DNA of 64,000 nucleotides from Candidatus Eiseniibacteriota bacterium (GCA_963744995.1 CAVUWA010000003.1:155752-219751), one strand, 5' to 3'; shown: positions 34,557-45,693, numbered from the stretch's first letter. Program-made: numbers and translations. Notes: a model not told the origin generated them from the sequence alone.

Positions 34557-35056
34557 TCGCGGTCGATGTGAGCGTGCTGGCCTACGCGGTCAATCGCTAT
34601 GCGCCCGAGCACCGGCGCGCGGCCGGCGTGCTGGAGGATCTGGTGAACGGCGCGGCACCCTGGGCGCTGCCGTGGCCCGTGATCCACGAGTTCATGCGGC
34701 TGGTCACGCACCCGCATTTCGTCGCGCGGCCGCTGCGCCCCGCGGATGCCTGGACCTTCGTCGAGGAGACGTTCCAAAGCCCGTCGCTGCGCCTGCTCGC
34801 CCCCACCGATCGGCACGTCGCCGTGCTCGGCGAGGTCCTGCGCTTCGTGTCGGACGAGCGCGACTGGCTGCCGGGCATCGAGACGGCCGCGGTGCTGCGC
34901 GAGCACGGCGTGCGCGAACTGCTGTCCTCGGACCGTGACATGCGCCGCTTCCGCTTTCTCGACGTTCGCGATCCCGTGCACGGCGACTGGTGGACGCCCG
35001 GCGCCCCCCCGGCACGACGCTACCGGCGCCTCACGACCCGGCGCCGCGCCGGCTGA
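34553..35056 (+). CDS. vapC: VapC-like PIN-domain toxin
   Basis: TTG start; IAVDVSVLAYA, IHEFMRLVTHP, LLSSDRD. Confidence 0.85.
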   Translation: MIAVDVSVLAYAVNRYAPEHRRAAGVLEDLVNGAAPWALPWPVIHEFMRLVTHPHFVARPLRPADAWTFVEETFQSPSLRLLAPTDRHVAVLGEVLRFVSDERDWLPGIETAAVLREHGVRELLSSDRDMRRFRFLDVRDPVHGDWWTPGAPPARRYRRLTTRRRAG

Positions 35057-35320
35057 GGAACGGCGCGCGCGAGCACCGCGTCCCGTGCCCCGCACCGCCG
35101 ATTCCGGCATATTTGTACGGTCCCACACATGGACGTGACGTCCGTGTGCGCCATCGCGCCTGACGGCCGATCTTTGACAACGCTGTGGCAGGAATCGGGA
35201 GAATTGATTTGTGGCTGCAGGCCGTGGCGCCGAACATCAGAACAGCAGCCATGGATCTCCCCGCCAGGGCGGTTCCTGGAGTTCCCCATTGGGCCGTCAC
35301 CCAAGTCCAGGAGGATGATC

Positions 35321-35782
35321 ATGCAGCGTTGGTACGCTCCGGTTGCGGGCCTGCTGGTGCTTGCGCTCGCCTTCCCCGCATTTGCGGGTGAGCCGCAGCG
35401 ATGCACGCTCGACATCCAGACGTGTCTGAATCAGATGGCCGCGAGAATGGAACACCGGGGCTACATGGGCCTCGAGTTCAACAAGGACGACAGTGGCCAG
35501 TACGTGGTGCGCAAAGTCGTCGCCCATACGCCGGCCGAGTCGGCGGGCTTCATGCCCGGCGACGTGATCCTCGTCGTGAACGGCGCACGCTGGAGCGACG
35601 CGGCCGCGATGGGCAAACTGAACTGGAACGCGGGCGCGCGCATGGCGGTGAAGGTCCTGCGCGGCACCGAGAAGAAGACGCTCAATGTCCGGCTCACCCA
35701 CATGCCCCCGGACATCATCGCCCGCACGATCGGCGCCCACATGCTCGAGAACCACGTCACGCTGACCTCGGCCAGCCGCTAG
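35321..35782 (+). CDS. Secreted PDZ-domain protein
   Basis: Signal peptide, C-x6-C, GYMGL, TPAESAGFMPGDVI; AGGAGG RBS. Confidence 0.85.
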   Translation: MQRWYAPVAGLLVLALAFPAFAGEPQRCTLDIQTCLNQMAARMEHRGYMGLEFNKDDSGQYVVRKVVAHTPAESAGFMPGDVILVVNGARWSDAAAMGKLNWNAGARMAVKVLRGTEKKTLNVRLTHMPPDIIARTIGAHMLENHVTLTSASR

Positions 35783-35880
35783 GCTCGAGCCTCTCATGGC
35801 GCGGGCGCCCCTTCGCAGGGGGCCCGGCGCGCCATCCCGTTCGCCGGGCTCCGCGCAGGCCCCGGGCCGGCACGAAACGA

Positions 35881-35911
35881 AACGGGGGAACGCGTCACAC
35901 GTTCCCCCGTT
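35881..35911 (-). terminator. Intrinsic terminator downstream of metK
   Basis: AACGGGGGAACG-N7-CGTTCCCCCGTT. Confidence 0.65.
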
Positions 35912-35932
35912 CGTGAACTGCGTGTGCCGGGG

Positions 35933-37078
35933 CTAAGCGGAGCGCGCCAGCAGCCGCGCCTTGTCCGTCTTCTCCCACGTGAAACCGGGGCCGCTGCGAC
36001 CAAAGTGCCCGTAGGCGGCCGTCGCCCGGTAGATCGGACGGCGCAGCTTGAGGTGCTTGATGAGCCCCTTGGGCGTCAGGTCGAAGTGCTTGCGCACGAG
36101 CCGCGTGAGCTTCTCGTCGGCGACCTTCCCGGTGCCCTTGGTGTCGATCATGATGCTCACCGGCTGCGGCACGCCGATCGCATAGGCCAGCTGGATCTCG
36201 ACGCGGTCGCAGAGTCCGCTCGCCACCAGGTTCTTGGCGACGTAGCGCGCGCCGTACGAAGCCGAGCGGTCGACCTTGCTGGGGTCCTTGCCGCTGAACG
36301 CACCGCCGCCGTGGCTGCCGACGCCGCCATAGGTGTCGACGATGATCTTGCGGCCGGTGAGCCCGGTGTCCGCCATCGGCCCCCCCTTGATGAACTGGCC
36401 GGTCGGGTTGACGTGGAACTTGATCGGCTTGTTGCGGTCGATGAGCCGCTTGGGCAGAACGGGCAGGATGACGTGCTTGATCACGTCGCGCCGGATGCGG
36501 TCACGCTTCACGTTCTCGGCGTGCTGCGACGACACGACCACGGTGTCGATGCGCACCGGACGTCCGTTGTCGTATTCCACCGTGACCTGCGACTTGCCGT
36601 CGGGCCGCAGATAGCCGAGGCGGCCGTTGCGGCGCACCTGGGTGAGCCGGCGCGTGAGCTTGTGGGCCAGCGTGATCGGGAGCGGCATCAGCTCCTTCGT
36701 CTCGCGGCAGGCGAAGCCGAACATCAGGCCCTGGTCGCCGGCGCCGCCCTTGTCCACGCCCATCGCGATGTCGCCGGACTGATCGTCGATCGCGGTGATG
36801 ACGGCGCAGGTGTGGCTGTCGAAGCCGAACTCCGCGCTGTCGTAGCCGATCTCGCCGATGACGCGCCGCACCAGGCTCGGGATCTCCACATAGCCCTGAC
36901 TGCTGATCTCCCCCGCCACGAAGGCCATGCCCGTCGTCACCAGCGTCTCGCAGGCGACGCGACTCATGGGGTCCTGGGCGATGAGGGCGTCGAGAAGGGA
37001 ATCGGAGATCTGATCCGCGATCTTGTCGGGATGTCCCTCGGTGACGGACTCGGACGTGAACAGGTGACGGGAAATCAT
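35933..37078 (-). CDS. metK: S-adenosylmethionine synthetase
   Basis: [26 protein letters not shown]. Confidence 0.98.
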   Translation of the reverse strand: MISRHLFTSESVTEGHPDKIADQISDSLLDALIAQDPMSRVACETLVTTGMAFVAGEISSQGYVEIPSLVRRVIGEIGYDSAEFGFDSHTCAVITAIDDQSGDIAMGVDKGGAGDQGLMFGFACRETKELMPLPITLAHKLTRRLTQVRRNGRLGYLRPDGKSQVTVEYDNGRPVRIDTVVVSSQHAENVKRDRIRRDVIKHVILPVLPKRLIDRNKPIKFHVNPTGQFIKGGPMADTGLTGRKIIVDTYGGVGSHGGGAFSGKDPSKVDRSASYGARYVAKNLVASGLCDRVEIQLAYAIGVPQPVSIMIDTKGTGKVADEKLTRLVRKHFDLTPKGLIKHLKLRRPIYRATAAYGHFGRSGPGFTWEKTDKARLLARSA

Positions 37079-37108
37079 GCGGTCTCCTCGAAAGTGAACT
37101 CCACGACG

Positions 37109-38185
37109 TCAGGCCGGGGTCGATCCGCGCTCCGCGAGGCGGCGCTTGAAAGCGTCGATGCTCGCGATCGGCGTCGGATCCACACCGTTCAGAAACGCCA
37201 GATAGAGGCTCAGGTAATCGCCGAACTGGACCAGCTCGGCGAGCCGCGTCAGCCGCTCGCCTTCGCCCGCCCGGATGACATGCACCGCGGCGCCCTGACG
37301 TTCCGCGTACTCCGCGGTGAGCTCGAGCCGAGCGCGCACCGCCGGAGCGTCTTCGATGTCGTGCAGCAGCAGTACCGCCGCGCCGCGCAGCACGACACCC
37401 GGTTTCTCCCAGCCCACGATTTCGTTGTGGTTGAGTTCGGGAACCAGCGCCGAATGGCCGAACACCTTAGCATTTTCGTTCAGCTGCTGCAGGAGCCGTG
37501 TCGCGACCGCGCCGATGGCGCGATTTCCCGCGTAGATCACGATCGACCTGCCGAGGACCGCACGAGCGAGCGCCTTCGCCGGGTTGTCCCGCTCCGGCGC
37601 GCCGACGCCGACGGCACCCTCGCGTTCGCGCAGCCGCTCGACCGCCCGGCGCCACGAAGCGCGCGGGTCGTCCACCCACCCGAGCGCGTGCAGCAGACCC
37701 GTCAGGCTCACCCAGGAGCCGAACATGGCCGCGCGCGGCGGTGACCCTCCCGGCATCCGCATCGCCGTCACGCCGTCGCGTTCGCACCACTCGGCCAGCG
37801 TGCCGCCGGTGGTCAGCGCGACCCGCGGCACGCCGCGCGCGGCGGCCTCCCGGTAGAGCGAGAGCGTCTCCTCGGTGTTGCCGGAATAGGACGACAGCAG
37901 CGCGAGCGCCGAGCCGTCGACCCAGGCCGGCCAGCGATAGTCGCGCACGGTGAGCAGCGGGCGCGGCAGGCGGTCGGCGTATAGGGTCGCGCACAGGTCG
38001 GCGGAGATCGCCGAGCCGCCCATCGCGCCGACGGCGAGCAGGCGCGGCGCCGCGGCCGGAGCCGGCCACGGCGTCGCGTCGAGCCGCTCCAGCGCGCTCT
38101 CGATCTGTTCGGGGATGGCGCGGATGCGTCCGGCCATGTCGCCTGCGTCGAGCGCGCGATCCGGCGGATCGAGCGGCGCGTTCAC
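37109..38185 (-). CDS. Bifunctional phosphoglucose/phosphomannose isomerase (SIS)
   Basis: MGGSAI, SYSGNTEET, NENAK, PELNHNEI. Confidence 0.92.
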   Translation of the reverse strand: MNAPLDPPDRALDAGDMAGRIRAIPEQIESALERLDATPWPAPAAAPRLLAVGAMGGSAISADLCATLYADRLPRPLLTVRDYRWPAWVDGSALALLSSYSGNTEETLSLYREAAARGVPRVALTTGGTLAEWCERDGVTAMRMPGGSPPRAAMFGSWVSLTGLLHALGWVDDPRASWRRAVERLREREGAVGVGAPERDNPAKALARAVLGRSIVIYAGNRAIGAVATRLLQQLNENAKVFGHSALVPELNHNEIVGWEKPGVVLRGAAVLLLHDIEDAPAVRARLELTAEYAERQGAAVHVIRAGEGERLTRLAELVQFGDYLSLYLAFLNGVDPTPIASIDAFKRRLAERGSTPA

Positions 38186-39939
38186 ACCATGCTCCGCTTG
38201 GCCAGCAGATAGCTCGGCAGCAGCGGATCGATGCGCTCGCGGAGCAGGCGCTTCACTTCCTTCGCCGACGGCAGCGTGAGGGCCTCTGCTGCGATCTCGC
38301 GCGCCTCCTCCACACGAACGCCGCGGAGCGCCGCCTTCACGCGCGGCAGATCGAAGAACGACATGCTCATCTCGTCGACACCCATCCCGAGCAGCAGCAC
38401 CGCGTGGCGCGGGTCGCCCGCCATCTCGCCGCAGATCCCCGCCCAGCGGCCCGCGGTGTGCGCGGCTTCGACGGCATGCCGGATACTGCGCAGCACGGAA
38501 GGCTCGAGCGGCTCGTACAGGTGAGCGAGGCGCTCGTTGCCGCGATCCATGGCCAGCGTGTACTGCACCAGATCGTTGGTTCCGATGCTCAGGAACGAGG
38601 CGTGCTGCATGAGCACGTCGGCGATCCACACCGCGCTGGGCGTCTCGACCATCACCCCGATTTCGATGTCCGCATCGAACGCGTCGCCGCGCCGGGTCAG
38701 CGTCGCACGCGCCTTGGCGCAGATCTCGAGCGTGCGCTCCAGCTCGGACAGGTTGGACACCATGGGAAACATCATGCGCACGCGACCGTGCGCGCTGGCG
38801 CGGTAGATCGCGCGGATCTGCGTCTCGAACACGTCCGGGTGCTGCAGCGCGAAACGGATCCCGCGCCAGCCGAGAAACGGGTTCGTCTCGTGCGTCGCGC
38901 CCAGGTAGGACGCCACCTTGTCGCCGCCGAGGTCCATCGTGCGGAACGTCACCGGATGCGGGTGCATGCGTTCGGCGACCGTCCGGTACGCCTCGTACTG
39001 CTCCGCCTCCGTAGGCAGCTGGTAGCGGCCCAGGTAGAAGAACTCCGTGCGGAACAGGCCGATCCCGGTCGCTCCCGAACGCAGCGCGCGTTCCACGTCC
39101 GCGGGCATCTCGATGTTGGCGCCGATCTCGATCTCGTGGCCGTCGAGCGTGACCGCCGGCGCCTCGCGCAGGTGTCCGAGCGCCTCGGCTTCGTGCACCA
39201 GATCCGCCTGCCGCCGCGAATAGGCCTCCGTGCTCTCGGGGTCCGGATTGATCTCGACGCGGCCGGCGTAGCCGTCGACGGCGCCGACGTCGCCCGTCTT
39301 CACACAGTCGAGCACACCGCCGACGCTCAACACGGCCGGAATGCCGCGGCCGCGCGCGACGATGGCGCTGTGCGAGGTGCGCCCGCCGACCTCGGTCACC
39401 AGCCCGAGCACCCGCTCGGGATCGAGCATCGCGACGTCACTGGGGCCGATGTCGTGCGCGACGATGATCGAGGGACGAGCCAGGTCGGCCAGCGAGGGCG
39501 CACTGCCCTGGAACAGGTGGCGCAGCACGCGGCGCTCGACATCGACGATGTCGGCGCGCCGCTCGCGCAGGTACTCGTCCTCGATCCGGTCGAAGTGCGC
39601 GGCGAGGGCGGACATGTGGCGCCGGAAAACGAATGCCGCGTTGCGCAGCTCGCGCCGGATTCCGGTCTCCACCGATCGCGCGAGCTCGGGGTCGTCGACC
39701 ATGAGCAGATGCGCATCGTAGATGCCGGCCTCCTTTTCGCCGAGCTCGGCGGCAATCCCGGCGCGCAGCCGCGAAAGCTCGACGCGCGAAGCCGCCAGCG
39801 CGGCATGGAAGCGTTCGATCTCTGCATCGACGCCGTCGGGCTGCACCGGGGCCTCGGTCACCGAGTACTCCTCGTGCTCCAGGCAATGGATCGGGCCGAT
39901 GCCGATGCCCGGCGACGCGGCGATTCCCTGCAGTTTCAT
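38182..39939 (-). CDS. ptsI: PTS enzyme I
   Basis: GGRTSHSAI, GLFRTEF, DLGGDK, NPFLGWRGIR, SIGTNDL, CGEMAG. Confidence 0.97.
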   Translation of the reverse strand: MKLQGIAASPGIGIGPIHCLEHEEYSVTEAPVQPDGVDAEIERFHAALAASRVELSRLRAGIAAELGEKEAGIYDAHLLMVDDPELARSVETGIRRELRNAAFVFRRHMSALAAHFDRIEDEYLRERRADIVDVERRVLRHLFQGSAPSLADLARPSIIVAHDIGPSDVAMLDPERVLGLVTEVGGRTSHSAIVARGRGIPAVLSVGGVLDCVKTGDVGAVDGYAGRVEINPDPESTEAYSRRQADLVHEAEALGHLREAPAVTLDGHEIEIGANIEMPADVERALRSGATGIGLFRTEFFYLGRYQLPTEAEQYEAYRTVAERMHPHPVTFRTMDLGGDKVASYLGATHETNPFLGWRGIRFALQHPDVFETQIRAIYRASAHGRVRMMFPMVSNLSELERTLEICAKARATLTRRGDAFDADIEIGVMVETPSAVWIADVLMQHASFLSIGTNDLVQYTLAMDRGNERLAHLYEPLEPSVLRSIRHAVEAAHTAGRWAGICGEMAGDPRHAVLLLGMGVDEMSMSFFDLPRVKAALRGVRVEEAREIAAEALTLPSAKEVKRLLRERIDPLLPSYLLAKRSMV

Positions 39940-39961
39940 CCGCGACCCCCGCACGGCCGGC

Positions 39962-40231
39962 TCATGGCTCGCCCCCGAACTTGCCGTCCACCAGGCCCTG
40001 CAGCGCGTCCAGCGCTTCGGCCTCGTCGGGACCTTCCACGCGCACCACGATCGTGCTGCCCTCCTCCGCGGCCAGCATCATGACCCCCATGATGCTCTTG
40101 CCGTTGACTTCCAGATCGTCACGACTCACGAACACGTCGCTCTTGAAGCGCGCCGCGGTCTTCACGAACAGGGCGCAGGCGCGCGCGTGCAGACCGAGCT
40201 GGTTTCGAATCAGCATTTCCGACTGAGTCAA
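39962..40231 (-). CDS. ptsH: Phosphocarrier protein HPr
   Basis: GLHARA (His15) and NGKSIMG (Ser46). Confidence 0.95.
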   Translation of the reverse strand: MTQSEMLIRNQLGLHARACALFVKTAARFKSDVFVSRDDLEVNGKSIMGVMMLAAEEGSTIVVRVEGPDEAEALDALQGLVDGKFGGEP

Positions 40232-40256
40232 AGCCGTTCTCCAGAAGGACGACTGC

Positions 40257-41009
40257 CTAGCCGCGCAGCCAGGCCGCGACGACGCACAGGATGCACAACC
40301 CGAGACCGTACTCCGTGGGTGAAGGCCGCGAACGCCGCGCGGCCATGAGGCCGAGCGTGAGCCCTGCCGCCAGCGACGCCTGGAACACCAGCGGCGCGGG
40401 CTGTCCCCCCGGGACCAGGAACATCGCGGTCACGACCCCGACGAGCAGCGCGCCCCCCGCGGCCAGGAGGCGGATCAGCCCCTTGAAGCGCGCCCGCATG
40501 GCCTCGCCCAGCACCGCGGTCCCCGCCCGATAGCCCCAGCCGACCCCGAGAAAGCGGACGGTCTGGTGGACGACGTTGTAGCACAACCAGAGCACCACCG
40601 CCCCGACCCACGCCCCGGTCAGCGCCAGGAGCACGCCGAGACACGCCGCGAACGGGCGCAGCGAGAACCAGAACAGGTGATCGCCGAGCGCGGCAAGGGT
40701 CGAGCCGAGGACCGCCTTCGCCCGCGCGATCGCACCGGCGTCGGGGATGCCTTCCGCGGCGCGGCGTTCCTCCATGCCCGCGATCGCGCCGAGCGCCAGC
40801 GATGCCATGGTCGGCTGCGTGTTGAAGTAGGCGGTGTGATCGGCCAGCCGCTCGCGGCGCACGTCGGGATCCGGATAGATGCGCTCGAGCGCCGGCTCCA
40901 GCGCGTGGGCCCAGCCGACCCCCTGCTGGCGCTCGTAGTTCCAGGTCGCCTGCAGCAGCATGCTGCGCAGCCCCATGCGGAAGAATTCGCGCGGCCCGGG
41001 CCCGCTCAT
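40257..41009 (-). CDS. Mannose-family PTS EIID
   Basis: LQATWNYERQQ, YFNTQP, LAALGDHLFW. Confidence 0.9.
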   Translation of the reverse strand: MSGPGPREFFRMGLRSMLLQATWNYERQQGVGWAHALEPALERIYPDPDVRRERLADHTAYFNTQPTMASLALGAIAGMEERRAAEGIPDAGAIARAKAVLGSTLAALGDHLFWFSLRPFAACLGVLLALTGAWVGAVVLWLCYNVVHQTVRFLGVGWGYRAGTAVLGEAMRARFKGLIRLLAAGGALLVGVVTAMFLVPGGQPAPLVFQASLAAGLTLGLMAARRSRPSPTEYGLGLCILCVVAAWLRG

Positions 41010-41716
41010 CACTCGCCTCCCAGCATCAGCACGAGCCAGGTGCCGATCAGCGCGGCGCCGAACAGCGCGGCCCGCAACAGGCGGCGCTGTACGAACAGAT
41101 GCAGAATCTGGGCGAGCCCGATGCCGATCAGCAGGGGCTGCGCGAGCCGCCAGGCCCGTGACAGGCGCAGCGACTCGCGTGTCACCAGGTCCGTGCAGGC
41201 CCAGAGTCCGAGCCCGAGGGCGACGGCGGTGATGCCGACGCCGAGCGCGAAGGCGAGCGCGATACCGGCGCGCTGGCCCTCGGCGAGCGCGGAGGAGGCT
41301 CCGGACCGCAACCGCTCTTCGCACCAGCGCGCGAGCGCTTCGTTCCTGCGCCGCTGCCAGCGCATGGCGCGGGTCCCGAGCAGCGACACCAGCATGCCCG
41401 CCGCAACCCCGATCAGCAGGGCGCTCTGGCGCGCGAACACGAACGACTGCGGCGCCGCGAGGGCGAGCGCGAGCCCCACGCCGACGACGCCGCCCGTGGC
41501 GTAGTCTTCGGGCGTGCGCGCCCCCACGGGCTGCGTGCTCGCGGCGAAGATCTGCAGCACCACCGCGACCTGGAGCGCCGTCGCCATGTCGCCCCACATC
41601 CAGCCGAGCAGCACGCCGGTGACCAGGGGCTGGGACAGCATGGTCTGCGCGACGGGGGTCGCGTCGAGCGCGGCGATCCCGCCCATCGCGATCGTGCCGA
41701 GCAGGGCGAAGCTCAT
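41009..41716 (-). CDS. Mannose-family PTS EIIC
   Basis: LD..QTMLSQPLVTG..GD, PVGARTP; hydrophobic. Confidence 0.85.
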   Translation of the reverse strand: MSFALLGTIAMGGIAALDATPVAQTMLSQPLVTGVLLGWMWGDMATALQVAVVLQIFAASTQPVGARTPEDYATGGVVGVGLALALAAPQSFVFARQSALLIGVAAGMLVSLLGTRAMRWQRRRNEALARWCEERLRSGASSALAEGQRAGIALAFALGVGITAVALGLGLWACTDLVTRESLRLSRAWRLAQPLLIGIGLAQILHLFVQRRLLRAALFGAALIGTWLVLMLGGE

Positions 41717-43785
41717 GCCGGCTCCGCCGTGGCGCCGGGCGCGAGCCGCACGTGCAGCCGCCAGGGCTTGCCGGCTTCGAGCGCGACCGCGAAGGCGTGA
41801 CGCACCTCGATACCCTGGAACACACGCTCCGCGCCGCTTTCGGACTGCGACACGGTTTCGATCGGACCGCGGTCCACGGTGCCCTTGCGGTCGAACCATA
41901 CGTCGAGCCGGCGGCGCGCCCACGCGTCCACGTACGCCATCCGCGTGACCGCGTCGTGGTGCGCGCGCGCGGCGAAGTGCGGCGGATCGGCGCGCACGCC
42001 GTCGACCTCGACCCAGCGGTCGTCGGCCTGCGCAACGTGCAGGCCCAGGTTGATCTCGATTTCCAGGCGGCCGAGGCGCGCCCGCGGCGACTCCAGCAGG
42101 TAGACGACCTCGAGCGACCCGTCGGTGGCGACCCGGTAGGTCTTGCGGACGCGCGGTGCGTCGCCGCCTTCGTGTTCGAGCGCCACCTCGAAGGGACCGG
42201 TATCCTGGAACGCGAACGCCTGTGCGGCGAGGTCCACGTTCAGCCCGCTCTCGACCCAGCGATCCATGAACGAGTCGCGACCGCGCACGTCGACTTGCTC
42301 GGCCAGCGCCGCGAGGCCCTCTTCCTTCACCCGGACACCGGCGTGAATGCTCTCGCCCGTCTCGAATCCGACCCGCGCTTCCTTCAGGTCGCGGTGGTAG
42401 AACTCCGGATGCCGCGCGAGGGTGTCCCCGTAGTTCCAGAGACCCTCGCGGTCGTCGAACGCCCACAGCCGGGCGCCCTGCGAAGAGATCCATGCGGCCC
42501 ACGCCTGTGTCTCCAGCAGTGCGTCTTCCCAGCCGTCCAGATCGATGTCGCCGCGTTCCACGTTCGGGCTTCCGGGCGCGACGTAGGCCTCGGAAGCGAT
42601 CAGCTCGCGATAGAGCGCCGAGCGCAGATGCGGCAGGTAGAGCCCGCCGAAGATGCCGTGCCAGTAGGGGCAGTTGCACTGCGCGCGCCAGAGGTGGGTC
42701 TGCGCCTCCTTCCAGTCGTCGCTCGGCGCCAGCGGCGAGACGCCGTCACCGCGCTGCATCGACGGATGCGCGTGCAGCAGGCGCGAGACCCGCAGCGAGC
42801 GCTTGTGCAGACGGTTCGATTCGGGATAGCGGGCGAGGAAGTTGCGCCAGTGCCCGCCGCGCAGCATGTCGTGGGCCGCTTCGCCGAACGCGGGCTCGAG
42901 CACGCCGGCCGCGCGGTGATAGCGTGCCTGCGCGTCGGGTGGCAGGGCCCATTCCTGCATCTCGTGATAGGACGCGGTCGGCAGGTAGACGAGCCCCTTC
43001 GAGCGATGGTGCTCGATGGCTTCGCCCGGGGTCCGCAGTTCGATCCACGGATGCGCCGCCAGCGTCTCGACGAACCGCTCCAGCCAGCCGTTCGTGTAGC
43101 ACAGCGTGTGGGTCCCCGGCCAGAGACCGAACTTCTCGCCGTCGTCGCCGTGGAACGCGATACCGCCCTCCTCGTGCTCCGCGACGCGGCGCAGCACGTC
43201 CACGGTGCGCTCGGGATCAGCGAAGGGCATCGTGTAGCGAAGCTCGCGGTGGATCGGAAACACCCGCACCGGCAGACCCTGATCCTCGGTCTCGAAGTGA
43301 CCCCACAGCGCATCGCGCTCGAGGCCGGCCGCGACGAAGTGCGCATCGTCGACCGCGGTGTACTCGACGCCGGCGAGGGCGAGGCTCGAGGCGAGGCCGG
43401 GTTCCCAGACGCGTTCCGCCAGCCACCCTCCACGCGGGCGGCTGCCGAGCTCGAGCTCGAGCCAGTCGGCCATCGCGGTGATCTGCCCGCGGCGGTCCGC
43501 TTCCGGGATCGCCGGAAGCACGGGCTCGAAGAATCCGCCCCCCCACAGCTCCACCTGATTGCGGTCCACGAGCTCGCGCAGGCGGCCGAGGTAGTCCTTC
43601 TGGTGCAGGGCGAGCCACTGGAGGAGCGGGCCGCTGGTGTGCATGCCGATGCGCAGCGTCGGGTGCGCCTCGAGGAACGTGAGAAAGGGCCCGTACGCCT
43701 CGGCGTGGGCGTGGCGGAACACGCCGTCGAAGTTGCCGACGGGCTGGTGATTGTGCAGGAGAATGACGAGGGTCACGGGGCGCAT
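41713..43785 (-). CDS. GH57 alpha-amylase / 4-alpha-glucanotransferase (DUF1925/DUF1926 architecture)
   Basis: HNHQP, WLAERVWEP, GDDGEKFG, QCNCPYWHGIFGGLYLPHLR. Confidence 0.93.
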   Translation of the reverse strand: MRPVTLVILLHNHQPVGNFDGVFRHAHAEAYGPFLTFLEAHPTLRIGMHTSGPLLQWLALHQKDYLGRLRELVDRNQVELWGGGFFEPVLPAIPEADRRGQITAMADWLELELGSRPRGGWLAERVWEPGLASSLALAGVEYTAVDDAHFVAAGLERDALWGHFETEDQGLPVRVFPIHRELRYTMPFADPERTVDVLRRVAEHEEGGIAFHGDDGEKFGLWPGTHTLCYTNGWLERFVETLAAHPWIELRTPGEAIEHHRSKGLVYLPTASYHEMQEWALPPDAQARYHRAAGVLEPAFGEAAHDMLRGGHWRNFLARYPESNRLHKRSLRVSRLLHAHPSMQRGDGVSPLAPSDDWKEAQTHLWRAQCNCPYWHGIFGGLYLPHLRSALYRELIASEAYVAPGSPNVERGDIDLDGWEDALLETQAWAAWISSQGARLWAFDDREGLWNYGDTLARHPEFYHRDLKEARVGFETGESIHAGVRVKEEGLAALAEQVDVRGRDSFMDRWVESGLNVDLAAQAFAFQDTGPFEVALEHEGGDAPRVRKTYRVATDGSLEVVYLLESPRARLGRLEIEINLGLHVAQADDRWVEVDGVRADPPHFAARAHHDAVTRMAYVDAWARRRLDVWFDRKGTVDRGPIETVSQSESGAERVFQGIEVRHAFAVALEAGKPWRLHVRLAPGATAEPA

Positions 43786-43811
43786 CGGGGGCGGGTCCTC
43801 GGGCCGGTGTT

Positions 43812-44306
43812 TCAGGCCGAACGTGGCGAAACGCTCGGATCGAGCGCGGTCAGGGGTTCGGGACGCGCGGCCGGCACGTCCTGCACGACGAGTTTGACGC
43901 CGCGTTCGAGCAGCGCGCGGGCCGCACGGCGATCCTCGTCGTCGAGGTAGATGTAGTCGTTGATCTTGCTCTTTCCCGCCACGTAGTGGAGTCCGCCGAG
44001 GTCGAACATCGGAATCGGCGCTCCGGCCGCGACCAGAGCAAGCGCCGTCGGCAGATCGCGGACGATCATGAACGCACCGCCGCTCGCCTTCGCCTCATCC
44101 GCATAGCCCGCCGCCATGCCGGCAACGTCGACCACGCGCACCTCGAGATCCGGCGCACAGGCAGCGAGCAGGTCGCGCTCCCACTGGTTGCCCGCGCACG
44201 TCGGGTCGACCACCCAGATACGGAGAGGGTGCAGGTGCTGGCTCCACGTCACCACCACCTGCCCGTGGATCAGCCGGTCGTCGACACGATGCAGGATCCA
44301 GCTCAC
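43812..44306 (-). CDS. Mannose-family PTS EIIB
   Basis: RVDDRLIHGQV. Confidence 0.92.
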   Translation of the reverse strand: MSWILHRVDDRLIHGQVVVTWSQHLHPLRIWVVDPTCAGNQWERDLLAACAPDLEVRVVDVAGMAAGYADEAKASGGAFMIVRDLPTALALVAAGAPIPMFDLGGLHYVAGKSKINDYIYLDDEDRRAARALLERGVKLVVQDVPAARPEPLTALDPSVSPRSA

Positions 44307-44719
44307 GAGGCGCCGCCCTGTACGAGCCGGATGCTGTCCAGTCCCTTCTGCCGCAGCCGCTCGGCGAGCGCCACACGATCGTACCCGGCGCGATTGTGCA
44401 TGTAGTCGAGCAACATGCCGAGGTGGCAACCGGTGATCACGACGATGTCGTGATCACGCGCCACGCAGGCGGCCGCGACGTGGCACGAGCTGCCCCAGAA
44501 ATCCACGCACACGATGCCGCCGTGCGGCCACGCCTCGACGCGGCGCGCGATCTCGGCCTGCAGTCCGTCGCGCGAAAGGTCGTCATTGGACAGGGCCTGC
44601 AGCCCGTCCGAGGCGCCGTAGACCTTTTCGACGGCGTGAACGAGCGAGGTCGCCAGATCGCCGTGCATGACGATGAGCGCGGGGACCGGATCGTGGCCGG
44701 GGGCCGGCTCCGGGCTCAC
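44303..44719 (-). CDS. Mannose-family PTS EIIA
   Basis: IVMHGDLA, VDFWGSSC, GCHLGML. Confidence 0.85.
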   Translation of the reverse strand: MSPEPAPGHDPVPALIVMHGDLATSLVHAVEKVYGASDGLQALSNDDLSRDGLQAEIARRVEAWPHGGIVCVDFWGSSCHVAAACVARDHDIVVITGCHLGMLLDYMHNRAGYDRVALAERLRQKGLDSIRLVQGGAS

Positions 44720-45687
44720 TCGGTGTCCTCCCGGACCCACTGTTTCGCCTGGCTCTTGCGTTTCATGATCTCCATCAGATGCTGGTTCAGTTTCTCTGCC
44801 GGCGAGAACCCCGATGTCACCTTCACCAGATAGTTGAGCGCGATGACCTCGGAGATGACGGTGATGTTCTTGCCCGGCGTGATCGGCACCTGCACCAGCG
44901 GGATCTTCACGGCGAGGATTTCGGTCTTCAGCTCGTCGAGCCCGGTGCGCTCGTAGTCCTCGGTGTCGGACCATTCGCGCAGGTTGACCTCGATCTCGAC
45001 GCGCTTCTGCAGGCGGATCGCGCGGATGCCGAATACCGCCTGCACGTCGATGATCCCGAGACCGCGGATCTCCATGTGGTGGCGGAGCAGCTGATTGCCG
45101 GCGCCGATCAGGACGTCGCCGTGCCCCTTGGTGATGGTCACGACGTCGTCCGCCACCAGGCGGTGACCGCGCTCGACCAGGTCGAGGGCGGTCTCCGACT
45201 TGCCGATGGCGCTGCGCCCGGTGAACAACATGCCGACACCGTACACGTCGACCAGCGAGCCGTGCACCGTCACGCGCGGCGCGAACATGTGGTCCAGATA
45301 CGACGTCAGCGCGTGGATGAACGGCGTGGTCGACTGCGGCGTGCGCAGCACCGGTACACCGGCTTCGTTGGCGCGCCGCAGCAGGTACGGCGGCACTTCC
45401 AGGCCCTTGCACACGACGATCAGCGGCATCTGGAACAGGAACAGCCGGTCGATCGCCTCGCGCACGCCGTCAGGGGTCAGCGTCGCGAGATAGGTGAGCT
45501 CCGTCTGCGCCATGATCTGCACGCGTTCGGGCAGGAAATTCTCCATGAAGCCCATGAGGGCCATGCCCGGGCGGTGCGAGTCGGACACGCTGATTTCGCG
45601 GCTCGAGGCGAGCGAGTGGGATAGCTGTTCGAGCTGGAGCTCGTGACGCTGGTCCTCGAACAGGCGGGCGACGCTGAGCGTCTGCAC
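44716..45687 (-). CDS. hprK: HPr kinase/phosphorylase
   Basis: HGSLVDVYG, GKSETAL, LVADD, EIRGLGIIDV. Confidence 0.96.
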   Translation of the reverse strand: MQTLSVARLFEDQRHELQLEQLSHSLASSREISVSDSHRPGMALMGFMENFLPERVQIMAQTELTYLATLTPDGVREAIDRLFLFQMPLIVVCKGLEVPPYLLRRANEAGVPVLRTPQSTTPFIHALTSYLDHMFAPRVTVHGSLVDVYGVGMLFTGRSAIGKSETALDLVERGHRLVADDVVTITKGHGDVLIGAGNQLLRHHMEIRGLGIIDVQAVFGIRAIRLQKRVEIEVNLREWSDTEDYERTGLDELKTEILAVKIPLVQVPITPGKNITVISEVIALNYLVKVTSGFSPAEKLNQHLMEIMKRKSQAKQWVREDTE

Positions 45688-45693
45688 GCGGGG